DNA of 64,000 nucleotides from Opitutia bacterium (GTDB taxonomy: Bacteria > Verrucomicrobiota > Verrucomicrobiia > Opitutales > T3Sed10-336). A program made the position numbers and the translations under genes. Of this stretch, positions 1-11,000 are shown piece after piece; within the stretch, counting starts at the first letter, position 1, and each line of letters starts with the position of its first letter. The stretch is from assembly GCA_050506795.1 (NCBI GenBank), contig JBJHCF010000022.1:20045-84044 (forward strand), given 5' to 3'. The notes below the pieces were generated by a model that saw only the letters and a list, made by a program, of their open reading frames with translations, ran no database searches and was not told the origin of the DNA.

Positions 1-252
1 GAAATGGAGGCTTGGCGGAGGCGTCTCGGATGGGTGATGGTCAACGCGGTGCATGCTTACGCTCCGGAGTTGATAATCATCGGGGGCGGTGGGGCACATG
101 CCTGGCGGCATTTCCTGGAATTCCTTCGGGACCATGTGAATGCCCATACCTTTCGATATCCTCCGGGCGAACCGGTGGCGATCGAAGTTTCAAACCTTCT
201 GGAGGATGCCGGATTCCTGGGGGCGGCGAGTTTGATCTGGAACGAGAAATGA
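1..252 (+). CDS. ROK family sugar kinase, C-terminal fragment (5' truncated by window edge); possibly NanK-like
   Basis: PELIIIGGG...LLEDAGFLGAA is the typical ROK C-terminus; its stop overlaps the next start (ATGA at 249-252); sits next to sialic acid genes. Confidence 0.75.
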   Translation, partial: EMEAWRRRLGWVMVNAVHAYAPELIIIGGGGAHAWRHFLEFLRDHVNAHTFRYPPGEPVAIEVSNLLEDAGFLGAASLIWNEK

Positions 253-1214
253 GTTTTGTTCGGACAGTCCTGGGTGACGTGGCAATGGCGGAGTTGGGGG
301 TTTGTTACGCCCATGAACACATCATCATCGATGAGAGCTATATTACCCAGATCTATCCTGAGTTCCAGCTCGATAGTGTTGATAAAGGGGCGATGGAGTT
401 GAAGGATTTCTTTTCCGCCGGTGGTCGTGCCATGGTTGATTCCATGCCCTGCGATTGTGGCCGAAATGTCGAAAAGTTGGCTGAGATTTCACGCCGATCG
501 AAGGTGCATATACTGGCACCCACCGGAATTCACCTGAAGAAATATTATCCGAAGGGTCATTGGTCAACGCGTTCATCCGCGGAAATATTGGCCGGTCTAT
601 TCGTCGGTGATATCGAAGCGGGGATCGATCGTAACGACTATGGGGGGCCGGAGGTACAGCGGACAGCTCACAAGGCGGGGCTGATCAAAGTAGCCGGCGG
701 CTGTGAACGGGGTGGATTGAACGAGCATGAGAAGAAGATCTTCGAGGCGGCGGCCATCGCACACGCGAGAACGGGCGCGCCTATTTTGACCCACACGGAA
801 CAAGGCGCCGGGGCATTGGAACAAGTGGATTGGCTGGAGAAGAATGGAGTCGATATCCGGCATGTGGTGCTATCACATACCGACAGGAAGCCCGACTTGG
901 GATACCATAAGGAAGTCCTTTCCAGCGGTGTTTTTGTAGAATACGACTCCGCCTTTCGATGGAAACCGGAGCAGGGGAACCCTACGGCCGATCTCGTCGT
1001 CGCGCTCTTCGAGTGTGGATTCGGCGACCAGATTATGCTCGGCATGGATGCGGCCCGGCATCTGTATTGGAAACGTTATGGAGGAAGTCCCGGGCTGACG
1101 TTTCTTTTGGATCGTTTTTGGTCCCTCCTGCAGGAAATGGGCATGGCCGAGGCCGAATTCCGGATGATATTCTGCGATAATCCCGCACGTGCGTATTCAT
1201 TTGGGGAGCGGTAG
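249..1214 (+). CDS. Phosphotriesterase-related (PTE/Php-like) metal-dependent hydrolase
   Basis: MSFVRTVLGD start, HEH, GLIK, THT, LSHxD and GMD metal-ligand motifs; start placed at ATG 249, not 12. Confidence 0.9.
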   Translation: MSFVRTVLGDVAMAELGVCYAHEHIIIDESYITQIYPEFQLDSVDKGAMELKDFFSAGGRAMVDSMPCDCGRNVEKLAEISRRSKVHILAPTGIHLKKYYPKGHWSTRSSAEILAGLFVGDIEAGIDRNDYGGPEVQRTAHKAGLIKVAGGCERGGLNEHEKKIFEAAAIAHARTGAPILTHTEQGAGALEQVDWLEKNGVDIRHVVLSHTDRKPDLGYHKEVLSSGVFVEYDSAFRWKPEQGNPTADLVVALFECGFGDQIMLGMDAARHLYWKRYGGSPGLTFLLDRFWSLLQEMGMAEAEFRMIFCDNPARAYSFGER

Positions 1215-1433
1215 GGTAGGACGTAGTTATCAATTTAGCGTGCGTGGGCGTGGGGATCGCCTTCATGAAGGTCGATGTTTTCCGGCCAGGGAAGTTTCGC
1301 GCCCTGGGTTTGGAGGTGCGTTTGGGAACCGGAACGGAGGTCGGCATTGGAGTGAATGCTCCGGGGAGAGCGTTCTTTCTCCAAAGCGAAGGCCGCGAGC
1401 AGTGACGAGATAGATCAAGAGGCGAAAATAGCG

Positions 1434-1463
1434 TTGACTTCCACTTTTTCAGGATTGTATACA
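1434..1463 (+). promoter_or_regulatory. Putative sigma70-like promoter (TTGACT -35, TATACA -10) with an overlapping TGTATACA palindrome, a candidate GntR/FadR-family operator
   Basis: TTGACT at 1434-1439 and TGTATACA at 1456-1463, about 60 nt upstream of the transporter gene; a GntR-FCD regulator follows the transporter. Confidence 0.45.
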
Positions 1464-1521
1464 CGTATTCATTCCGGATTCGATTATCGGGAACTGGAGA
1501 AAAATACTTCTTTGATAACCA

Positions 1522-4125
1522 ATGTCTTTCCTTCGAATGTCCCTCGTTACCAGCGTCTTAAGCGTTTGCGTATTCTTGCCTGGATTTGCTCTGGCCTCAT
1601 CGGAGGCTACGACGTCGGAAGACCTGTATCGATGGGAGGAACTGCCGTCGATCCCTGATGCGGTGGGTCTTGCGGCTCCTTTCGCCGGCGTGCACAACGG
1701 CGCTTTGATCGTGGGGGGAGGTGCGAATTTCCCGGAAGGTATGCCGTGGGAGGGGGGCGAGAAGGTCTGGCACGATGAGGTTTATGTTTTGACTGAACCG
1801 GATGGTGAATGGCGTTCCGGTTTTAGGCTCCCGCGTCCGCTTGCGTACGGAATTTCCATCACGACCCCGGAGGGAGTGCTTTGTATCGGCGGCGACGATG
1901 CGACTCGTTTCTACAGGGATGTCTTTCTCTTGACCTGGGAGGATGGTGAAATTGGCGTTACGGAGATGCCGTCGCTGCCGGCTCCGGCGGCCTATGCCAC
2001 GGGAGCCATGATCGGTCGGACCGTGTATATCGCAGGAGGTCTGAGCCGGCCGGAGCGGGAAGGACCACCTTTGCACACGTTTTGGTCGTTGGATCTATCG
2101 AACCCGGAGTTAGGTTGGGAAGAGTTGGAGCCCTGGCCGGGCGAACCCAGGTTTCTTTCGGTGGCGGCTGTTCAGGGAGGATCATTCTATCTGCTGAGCG
2201 GCGCTACAATGGTGGAGGCCGATGGGGCCTGGAAGCGGGAGTACCTAAGCGATGGATACCGGTACACTCCTGGAAAGGGGTGGTCCCGAATCGCGGACTT
2301 GCCACGGCCCGCTGTGGCGGCTCCTTCACCCGCTCCGTCCCTGGGTGCCCACCACTTTGGGGTGATTGGTGGCGACGATGGCTCAAATATGGGATTTGAT
2401 CCGCTTTCAGAGCATCCCGGTTTCACACGTGAGACTTTGGTCTATCATACTGTTACCGATACATGGTCCTTGCGTTCTGAGATCCCGTTCACCTCCCCGG
2501 TGACGGTGCCGACCGTGAACTGGCAGGGAAAACTTGTGATTCCAAGCGGGGAAGTTCGACCAGGCGTCCGATCTCCCTCAGTATGGATGGGAGAGCCTTT
2601 TCGAGGGCGTGCGCAGTTCGGCCCGTTAAATTACGGAGTCCTGGTGCTTTATCTCATGGCTCTGGTGATCATCGCCATGTTCTTTTCCCGTTATCAGGGA
2701 AACACACGGGAGTTTTTTCTCGGAGGCCAACGAATTCCGTGGTGGGCGGCGGGCCTTTCGATCTTTGGAACTCAATTGAGCGCGATCACGTTTATCGCGA
2801 TTCCGGCCCAGGTGTATGCCAACGACTGGACCTATATTCTTGCAAATCTAACCATCGTGTTGGTCGCGCCATTGGTGGTGTTTTGTTATCTGCCATTTTA
2901 TCGGCGACTCAATATCACGACGGCCTACGAGTACTTGGAACAGAGATTCAATTTACCTGTGAGGCTTTTTGGCAGCGCTGCGTTCTGCTTTTTACAGCTT
3001 GGTAGAATGGGCATTGTTCTTTTCATACCGGCGATCGCTCTTTCGGCCGTGACCGGGATCAATCTTTTTGTGGCAATTCTTTCGATGGGTGTCCTGGCGA
3101 CGCTTTATACGGTTGTCGGGGGAATTAAGGCGGTGATCTGGACCGACGTGTTGCAGGTTGTCGTGCTAATGGGTGGCGCGCTGCTTTGTCTGGTTCTGAT
3201 AGCGATAGGGGTGAATGGCGGCGTGCCTGAGATTGTGGCGATGGGGGCGGCGGACGGAAAGTTCAACACCTTTAATTGGACTTGGAACGCCGCGACGGCT
3301 GCTGTGTGGGTTGTTCTGTTGGGAAATTTTTTGGCCAACCTGGTGCCGTATTCCGCGGATCAGACCGTGGTGCAGCGGTATCTAACAACCAGCAGTTACC
3401 GGCAGGCGGCGAAGTCAATCTGGACAAACGCGATTCTGACCATTCCGGCAAGCCTGATCTTTTTCAGCCTGGGGACGGCTCTTTATGTCTTCTATAAATC
3501 GAACCCGGCGATGCAGAACCCACACTTGGCATCCGACGCTATTTTGCCCCTTTTCATCGCCCAGATGTTGCCCCCCGGCGTCGCCGGATTGCTCATTGCC
3601 GCCGTTTTCGCGGCGGCAATGTCAAGTCTTGACAGCAGCATGAACAGTGTGGCGACCACCATTACCACCGACTACCGCCGTTTGAGGTCGCGAGTGACTG
3701 AGTCGCAGGCCCTGCGTCTCGCTCGGTGGATTACTTTAGGGCTCGGAATTTTCGGAACCGGCACAGCCCTGTTCCTGGCGAGTTTTGAAATCCTTTCCCT
3801 TTGGGACGCGTATCTGACGGTTCTGGGTTTGTTTGGGGGCAGTTTGGCGGGGCTTTTCGTTCTGGCCATATTCACTCGTCGCGCCAACGGAAATGGTGCA
3901 TTGGTAGGCGCAGTTGCGAGCGCGGCAATTCTCTACTGGACGCAGGCCAGTACAGACCTCCATTTTTTTCTTTACGCGGGAGTGGGCATTGGAAGTTGTT
4001 TCATCGTTGGCTATTTGGCCAGTCTGGTCATTCCCGGACCTGATAAAGAGATTCTCAATCTCACCGTTTTTGCCATGAATCCTCCTGGGGAATCCATTAA
4101 GCCAGAATCACCTATGAAGGTGTAG
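1522..4125 (+). CDS. Fusion of a Kelch-repeat NanM-like (sialic acid mutarotase) domain and a sodium:solute symporter (SiaT-like sialic acid transporter)
   Basis: Signal peptide; GGANFP..PWEGGEKVWHD and Kelch GG repeats; then SSS motifs FFLGGQRIPWWAAGLSIFGTQLSAITF, YEYLEQRF, AVIWTDVLQ, DQTVVQRYL, AAAMSSLDS. Confidence 0.9.
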   Translation: MSFLRMSLVTSVLSVCVFLPGFALASSEATTSEDLYRWEELPSIPDAVGLAAPFAGVHNGALIVGGGANFPEGMPWEGGEKVWHDEVYVLTEPDGEWRSGFRLPRPLAYGISITTPEGVLCIGGDDATRFYRDVFLLTWEDGEIGVTEMPSLPAPAAYATGAMIGRTVYIAGGLSRPEREGPPLHTFWSLDLSNPELGWEELEPWPGEPRFLSVAAVQGGSFYLLSGATMVEADGAWKREYLSDGYRYTPGKGWSRIADLPRPAVAAPSPAPSLGAHHFGVIGGDDGSNMGFDPLSEHPGFTRETLVYHTVTDTWSLRSEIPFTSPVTVPTVNWQGKLVIPSGEVRPGVRSPSVWMGEPFRGRAQFGPLNYGVLVLYLMALVIIAMFFSRYQGNTREFFLGGQRIPWWAAGLSIFGTQLSAITFIAIPAQVYANDWTYILANLTIVLVAPLVVFCYLPFYRRLNITTAYEYLEQRFNLPVRLFGSAAFCFLQLGRMGIVLFIPAIALSAVTGINLFVAILSMGVLATLYTVVGGIKAVIWTDVLQVVVLMGGALLCLVLIAIGVNGGVPEIVAMGAADGKFNTFNWTWNAATAAVWVVLLGNFLANLVPYSADQTVVQRYLTTSSYRQAAKSIWTNAILTIPASLIFFSLGTALYVFYKSNPAMQNPHLASDAILPLFIAQMLPPGVAGLLIAAVFAAAMSSLDSSMNSVATTITTDYRRLRSRVTESQALRLARWITLGLGIFGTGTALFLASFEILSLWDAYLTVLGLFGGSLAGLFVLAIFTRRANGNGALVGAVASAAILYWTQASTDLHFFLYAGVGIGSCFIVGYLASLVIPGPDKEILNLTVFAMNPPGESIKPESPMKV

Positions 4126-4162
4126 TTCGAGAGGGAATTTAAAAAAGTCCTTATATACACAA

Positions 4163-4909
4163 ATGACACAGAAGCAAAGAGCCTACGATTACCTTAGGGA
4201 AAAGCTGATCGCCGGTGAACTGTCTCCGGGAAGCCGGCTTTCCGATATCGCTTTGGCGAAGGAGATCGGAATCAGCCGAACTCCGATTCGTGAAGCGATC
4301 AATCAACTGGCGAATGAGGATCTGGTGCAGTTGGTGCCCCACAACGGAGCTTTCGTAAAAGTTCCCGACGAGGAGGAACTAATCGAGCTGTACGATCTTA
4401 GAAAACTTCTGGAGACCTATGCCGTAAAACAAGCGGCAGGTAATATGAGCGAGGGAAACCTGCGCCAGCTGATCGAGATGATCACACACATGGACATGAT
4501 TATCAAAGAATTAAAAAACTCTGGCCGAGAAGCGCCGACCGCTGCCATTCGTCGACGTTGGGTGATGACGGATTATGCTTTTCACCTGGTTCTATTCAAG
4601 TCGTGCGGAAATCGAAAAGTGATGCGGATTGCGAGTGATCTCCGGATGTTGACACAGGCTTTTATTTTCCGGAAGGAAGATCCAAAAATTTCGCCGATTG
4701 AAGTGATGCGGATCGCGAACAAGGAGCACCGGGAGGTGTTTCGCGCCCTCGAATCCGGGAAAGGCGACGAAGCCAGCGAAGTTATCGATCGGCATCTCGA
4801 TCGGGCGAAAAACGCCACCCTGGCGAATTACGCCACTGTATGTCAATCGACTCCAGAACAAGAACCGGAGTGGCTGACGTCGGTACGGGGTGTGATCAAT
4901 AATGCCTGA
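4163..4909 (+). CDS. GntR family transcriptional regulator (FCD domain)
   Basis: LSPGSRLSDIALAKEIGISRTPIREA winged HTH; ELYDLRKLLE, FH, EHREV motifs of the FCD domain. Confidence 0.92.
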   Translation: MTQKQRAYDYLREKLIAGELSPGSRLSDIALAKEIGISRTPIREAINQLANEDLVQLVPHNGAFVKVPDEEELIELYDLRKLLETYAVKQAAGNMSEGNLRQLIEMITHMDMIIKELKNSGREAPTAAIRRRWVMTDYAFHLVLFKSCGNRKVMRIASDLRMLTQAFIFRKEDPKISPIEVMRIANKEHREVFRALESGKGDEASEVIDRHLDRAKNATLANYATVCQSTPEQEPEWLTSVRGVINNA

Positions 4910-4925
4910 GGAATGGTCAAATCCC

Positions 4926-6014
4926 ATGAAAACTCGACTGCATCCCGAACCGAACAACCTGCCGGACCGGGTTGCTGAGTTCTTAAAACAAGGCATTCTG
5001 GAGGGAAAGTACCAGGGAGCTTTCCCCAGCGAGCGAAAACTTGCCGAGGAAGTTGATGTCAGTCGCATGACAATACGAGCGGCTTTGAGAAAGGTGCAGG
5101 AGGACGGTCTGATAGAGATTTCGGGCAAACGACGGATGATTCCACCTGAGTTTCGAAAGGACCCGGAAGCGGATGGAGCTTCTGCGGAACTCGTCATTCT
5201 AAGCGCGGAACCTTTGGAAGAAGTTTACCATTCGCACGTATTCATCTTCGAAATGTTACGTGAGAAACTGGCGCGCCATGGATTTGGGTTATCGATTCAA
5301 GTTTCATCCCGCTTTGGCATGACTGGAAAAGGAAAGGCTCTTGCAGAAACGGTCGATCAGCATCCGAACGCGTCTTGGTTGCTGATTCGAATTCCACCAG
5401 CCGGGCAGCGCTGGTTCATCGAGAACAACCTGCGAACCATTGTCATGGGGACGGCGGCGCTTGGACTGGACACGGTCTCCATGGACATCGATCATGAAGC
5501 CACTTGCTTCCACGCCACCTCGGTCCTGGCGGCCCGAGGCAAGAAGTCGATCGCCTTCGTGCGAAGGGCTGCCAACCTGATTGGGGATGAGCGGAGTGAG
5601 GCGGGGATGCGGAATGCCTGCAAGAGAGCGCAAGTCAAAGGCACCGCTCACCGGCTCGCCGGAGATTCGGCCTCCACAATCGACTTGCTCGAATCACTTC
5701 GGCGGGAAAACCGCCTTCCGGATGGAATCATTGCGGGAGATCCGGCGATCTTCCTGAGCGCTTACAGTTTCTGTTACAAGCATGGACTACGCATTCCCGA
5801 AGACATCGCGCTCATCTCCCGGAACGATGACATCCTGCTTGACGCGTTGAGGCCGACGGTTGCGCGTTATCGGGTAAATGATTCGGTGGTACTCAACCGG
5901 TTATGGCGTCTTACGCTGCCGGTTCTGAGGAACCAAGTGTATAAGAAAAGCCCGCATCTTCTCATGCCCGACTATGTTCCGGGTGATAGTGCGGGAGTGC
6001 CTGGTATTAGCTGA
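4926..6014 (+). CDS. Hybrid regulator: GntR-type wHTH plus LacI/periplasmic-binding-protein-like sensor domain
   Basis: FPSERKLAEEVDVSRMTIRAAL at the N-terminus; GLRIPEDIALIS LacI-type C-terminus; alternative start at 4902. Confidence 0.82.
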   Translation: MKTRLHPEPNNLPDRVAEFLKQGILEGKYQGAFPSERKLAEEVDVSRMTIRAALRKVQEDGLIEISGKRRMIPPEFRKDPEADGASAELVILSAEPLEEVYHSHVFIFEMLREKLARHGFGLSIQVSSRFGMTGKGKALAETVDQHPNASWLLIRIPPAGQRWFIENNLRTIVMGTAALGLDTVSMDIDHEATCFHATSVLAARGKKSIAFVRRAANLIGDERSEAGMRNACKRAQVKGTAHRLAGDSASTIDLLESLRRENRLPDGIIAGDPAIFLSAYSFCYKHGLRIPEDIALISRNDDILLDALRPTVARYRVNDSVVLNRLWRLTLPVLRNQVYKKSPHLLMPDYVPGDSAGVPGIS

Positions 6015-6051
6015 AACAACAAACACCATTTTGAACGGTAATCATGGTCTA

Positions 6052-6063
6052 TGGTTTATACCA
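6052..6063. promoter_or_regulatory. Candidate GntR-family operator TGGT-N4-ACCA upstream of nanA
   Basis: TGGTTTATACCA inverted repeat in the 6015-6139 intergenic region. Confidence 0.3.
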
Positions 6064-6139
6064 AGGTTCGTTACTTGTGATCTCTTGGAATCGGGTCGAA
6101 ACTTCTATTATCAATTGCCCGCAAGGGTAGGGAATTCAG

Positions 6140-7153
6140 ATGACAAAACTAAACGGATTAATCGCGGCAGCGTTCACCCCTTTTCGGGGCGGAGAGATAA
6201 ATGTTGAGGTCATTCCTCCATATGCTCGATATCTTGCGGCCAATGGGATTTCCGGTGTGTTTGTAAATGGCACGACCGGCGAAGGGCACTCCCTCACCGA
6301 CGATGAGCGGATGCTTCTGGCCGAGACCTGGGTAAAGGCTGCGCCGCCGAATCTTAAAGTACTTGTGCATGTCGGACACAATTCGCTTCCGGTGGCGCGT
6401 GAACTGGCACGTCATGCGATGGAAATCGGCGTAGGGGGCTTCGCTGCGATTGGCCCGAGTTTTTTCAAACCGTCGCTGGAAGAGTTGGTGAGTTTCATGG
6501 CTGAATTGGCGCAGGCCGCTCCGAATCTGCCATTTTATTACTACCACATTCCGGCAATGACAGGTATTACAATTAGGATGCTCGATTTTTTGCAAGTTGC
6601 GGAGCAAAGGATACCAAATCTGACGGGGATCAAGTTCACGCATGAGAATATGATGGATTACGGCCTCTGCCAGGACTATGAGGGAGGAAAATTCGACATG
6701 GTTTTCGGACGTGACGAGATGTTGGTCTGCGGGCTTTCACTTGGAGCCAAAGCAGCGATCGGCAGCACCTACAACTTCGCCGCCCCCCTCCATAACGCGA
6801 TTCTGAAAGCGGCGTCGGACCACGACCTTGATCGGGCGCGATCACTCCAGTGTCTGTCGATGAAGGTGGTCATGGCTTGCACAGATGAAACTCCCAACGG
6901 ATTGTCAGCCATTCGAGCTCTTACGGAATGGAGATCCGGTCTCGATTTTGGCCCGATGCGTGCCCCGAATACCGGCGTTGGCAAAGAAGGTATCAGGCGC
7001 CTAAAAGAAAATGCACAAGCTTGCGCAGGTGACCACCTGTCGGAAGCCGTTCACGATACACCGCAGCCAGAGCGGTATGTGAATGATGATGACGAAAAAG
7101 GGGTTTTTGTTTCACCCAGTCTGGAGCGAAACAGTCGGAACTCCGAAGAATAA
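6140..7153 (+). CDS. nanA: N-acetylneuraminate lyase (DHDPS family)
   Basis: NGTTGE, YYYHIP, GIKFT (Schiff-base Lys), FGRDE and AIGSTYN signature; flanked by a sialic acid transporter and sialidases. Confidence 0.88.
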   Translation: MTKLNGLIAAAFTPFRGGEINVEVIPPYARYLAANGISGVFVNGTTGEGHSLTDDERMLLAETWVKAAPPNLKVLVHVGHNSLPVARELARHAMEIGVGGFAAIGPSFFKPSLEELVSFMAELAQAAPNLPFYYYHIPAMTGITIRMLDFLQVAEQRIPNLTGIKFTHENMMDYGLCQDYEGGKFDMVFGRDEMLVCGLSLGAKAAIGSTYNFAAPLHNAILKAASDHDLDRARSLQCLSMKVVMACTDETPNGLSAIRALTEWRSGLDFGPMRAPNTGVGKEGIRRLKENAQACAGDHLSEAVHDTPQPERYVNDDDEKGVFVSPSLERNSRNSEE

Positions 7154-7198
7154 TAAATACTAACCGGCCCACATTTTGGCCAAACTACTTGATATCGA

Positions 7199-7924
7199 AT
7201 GAAAGAGAAAAAAAGTCATGACCCGGTCGGTGCTTATGGGTTTACTCTAATTGAATTGTTGACGGTGATTGCTATTATCGGAATCCTGGCTGCAATCCTA
7301 ATTCCGGTAGTGGCGAACGTAAGGACCAGTGCCAGGGCGGCCCAGTGTACGTCAAATCTGCGCCAGATCGGAATGGCTACCTTTCTGTATCTTGGAGATA
7401 ATAACGATCGATTCTTCCCGCGGCAAGGCAGTCGGCACAATCTCCTGGGTAAGCCGGCGGAACGGCGCGAGCTTGAGTCGGATCAGCGGATTCTAAACCC
7501 GTACCTTTCTTCTACGGGACGCCGCGATCCTGTCGAGGTTGCGCGTTGCCCTGATGATAAAGGCAGCGTTGATTTGTCAGGCGGTCGAACGGAGATCGAG
7601 AGCGCTTATGAGGCGTTTGGCAGTTCGTACGGTGCGAATATTTGGCCGGGGGCGCTTCATGACAGCAATCTCCAGCCTATCTCGTTGTATGCGATTCCCG
7701 ATCCTAGCCGATTCGTTATTTTCGCGGAAGATATGGCGCTGACCAATGCGCATGGCGAGACGAATAGTTCGTCTGGTTGGCATTGGGACAATGAGCCGAG
7801 CTTTATTCTTTTGTTTGGAGACGGCCATGTGGGAAGGCATCTGGTGCCCCAGGCTTCCGTCAACACCGAGGAATACACCTTTCTTTTGAATCCGCCCAGG
7901 GCGCCGACCAGGCCGACGAGGTAG
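7199..7924 (+). CDS. Prepilin-type N-terminal cleavage/methylation domain protein (pseudopilin-like, C-terminal H...DGHV motif)
   Basis: [44 protein letters not shown]...LFGDGHV. Confidence 0.92.
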   Translation: MKEKKSHDPVGAYGFTLIELLTVIAIIGILAAILIPVVANVRTSARAAQCTSNLRQIGMATFLYLGDNNDRFFPRQGSRHNLLGKPAERRELESDQRILNPYLSSTGRRDPVEVARCPDDKGSVDLSGGRTEIESAYEAFGSSYGANIWPGALHDSNLQPISLYAIPDPSRFVIFAEDMALTNAHGETNSSSGWHWDNEPSFILLFGDGHVGRHLVPQASVNTEEYTFLLNPPRAPTRPTR

Positions 7925-8021
7925 AATAGTCCACGTAAGGAATCCTGAAACATCACGCTAACCGTGGATACATGGTTTAATCTGTAAAGTTGTTGGTGAA
8001 ACCCAAAGGAGAAATAGCAAT

Positions 8022-11000
8022 ATGTTTAAAAATACGAAAGGTAGCTCAATACGGGTGACGAGGCCGGGAAAATTTCCGGCCGTGATTGCCCTTTCCCTGG
8101 TTTTCTCCGGGGTACTGTTTGCTGAGGATGCTGAAACCATCGCTTTTGTTGAAGATGGGGTCCTGCAGAATGCCACCGTGGTCGGTCCGGGAGTGGAACA
8201 GCATGGGGATCACATACTCATTCAAGGCACCGGGACCGGGCTCGCTTCCAACCTCGCTTTGATGGAGGGCGATTTCCACATTAAAGCGACCCTGGCATTT
8301 GAAGTGGACGGCACGGCAGCCGGATTTGTTTTTGGGTTTCATGGAAATACGGGGAGTTTCCTGGGGAACCCAACCGGCTATTTTGGTTTCGATAGTGGAT
8401 CGCAGAATCTCTTTGTGGAGGGCGGATTCATGAACGCCGCCCAGGGCACGGGTCCCGCATCCGAGGGAGCGCCGGCTTCGGATTTTATTGAGGACGGGGT
8501 TCCGTTCCTGTTCGAGGCCATACGCGAGGATGGGATTTTGACAGTCTTGATCGACGAAGTCGAAGTCTACAGCCAGGAAATAGGCAATCAGGCGATTGGG
8601 CATCTGGGAATCCGGCCATGGCGCGCGAATATGCAGGTCTTTGGTTTTAGCGCATCAGGAAACCTGATTGGTGTTACCCTACCGGCAAAAGAGAATTTTG
8701 GCGAATACTCGATCTTCGTAGAGAATGGAACCGTATCTGACGTTAACCTGATCGGTGACGGCTGGGAACATATTGACAATTATATCGTTGCTCAGGGAAC
8801 GGGGAAGTTTCTTCAAACTACGATTCGCTTGCTGGAGGGAGATTTTCATATTGAAGCTGAGGTGGCAATGGATGCCCTGAATGGAACCGCGGCTTCGTTC
8901 CGATTTGGGAACGATGACTTTGGTTTTGATGGAGGTCGTCAGGTTTTCTTTCAAAGTGGACCTTTGTATGGGCCGGGAGTAGGTGTTGGTCCGGCAGCGG
9001 CCGGTTTTCCGGCGGGTGCCTACATACAGGGGGGACAACCTTTCCTTCTCGAAGCAAAACGTGTGGGGAATACCCTTACCGTTATGATTGACGGGGTGGG
9101 TATATACCAAAAGGAGTTCGGCAGCGATGGTATCGGCACGCTGGCCTTCCGTCCCTGGAGATCTGAGATGCGGATTTATAATTTCCGCGTCGCCGGAAAC
9201 CTGGAGGAGCCAGCGTCCTTGCCAATCGATGACCACTTCGGGCAGGTTCGCTATATAAGTTTATTGGGTGGCTTGACAGAGGGAGTGGGCTACCAGTTGG
9301 GACCGGTTGGAACAGGGACTGAACCGTTTCTGGATGATGATATTTCCATCGTCTCGATGCCGTCCAACCTTGATGGGAACCTCGGCTTCCGCACCTCCAA
9401 TGCACAGTTTTACTGGGGGATGGAGATGCCCGACAATGAGCCGATTGTATTCGTGGAAGACGGCGAGGCGATGTTTATGAGGGAAGTCGGTCCCGCGTGG
9501 TCCCAAGGCGACGGCTTTGTTTTTAATCAAGGCACGCAACGATGGCTTAGGACCAACGCTCTGCTTCGGGAAGGGGATTTTCATATCAAAGCCACGATGG
9601 CAATCAATGCTATCAATGGAACCGCCGCGACTTTTCAGATGGGCAACGCTCACTTCGGCTTTGATTCAGGGGGCCAAAACCTATTCGTGGAAGGCGGCTT
9701 TTTCGGCGGGGTTGTGCAACTGGATCCGGCCGCGGACTACATCGAAGGCGGGGTTCCATTTTTGTTTGAGGCGATCCGGGAGGGTAATATTATCCGATTC
9801 CTGATCGATGAGGTTCAGGTCTATCAGAGGGACATAGGCGCGAACCAGGTGATCGGTTCGGTAGGTTTCCGTCCATGGCGTTCTGAAATGCGGGTATATG
9901 ACTTCGAAGTGACCGGTAATTTCGGATGGACGAACCACCTGGCCTTTGAAATCGATCGTGAGACGAGCGTCTACATCGCGAACGATCCTGAATATGAAGC
10001 CGATTGGTTGACGGATCGATTTACAAAGACAGAAATGACCATCGAAACGACCGGAGGTGATTTCGATGTTTGGGAACGGGTTTTCGACGCCCGGGACTTC
10101 GTAATGTTGCCGGGCAATGGAGGAGACGGTCATAATTACTGGGTTTTGTTAAGTAAGAAACCCTCGGCGATCACGGAATCGCCGATCAACTATGTTCGCA
10201 CGCCCGGAGGCGACGATTGGAGTTTGGTCCGTAATGGGTGGCGTCTAACGACCGACCCGGAATCATTGCTTCACTCGGGACGGTTGCTGACAGGAATCTC
10301 GAACTTCGTGCCGGAACAGGGGGTTCGGATTCGAGCTGAGTTCCGGGTCCCGCAACTGCAGCACGGCGGAGACAATTCTTACGGGCTCCTCGTTATGGGT
10401 GACTCGACTTTGACTCCGAACCAGGGGATCCGGGCGGAATGGTTGCCGCGTCAAGCCGATGGAAGCTCGACTTTTCGCTTGGTGAACAATGCGAATCGGA
10501 CCGTTCTCGAGGGTGAGAATTCTTCTGTTTCCTGGGGTGGGTTGGCGCCGACGCGAACCAATGATTGGGTGACGGGGGATGATCAGATCGACCTGGTTTG
10601 GGATTCAAGGGCGTCGGAACTTGCCAGCCCGTATTTTCTGGATGACGACTCCAAGGTCATTGTAAGACTTCCTGACGGGCTTGATCCGGGATTCCTTCTC
10701 GACGCAATCAAGACGGAAAATGATTTGTCCAACTCCAGCGAAAACTTCGTTCAGTTTACGGTGGAATCCGGTGAACCGGGGGACGGTAACGAAGGGGTCA
10801 CGGTGTTTGTGGCCTGGGATATCAGAAACTCGGGATTCGAGCCGGATTGGTTGACCGAAGGATTTTCCAAAACGGATCACCTCGTGCAGGTCACCGGCGG
10901 GGCCCAGTTTCATCGCCTTTGGGCGGCGGAATATCCCGAGGGTGCCGTTGTTACGCTTCCGGGGGCCTCCTATGGTGAAGGCGGTCCTTTCCTTGATGGA

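Noticed and set aside
12..248. N-terminal extensions in the ORF track (also at 19615, 22718, 30878, 32710, 36913, 49758, 49933)
   Set aside because: They overlap neighbouring genes or precede the family-typical N-terminus; downstream starts were used.
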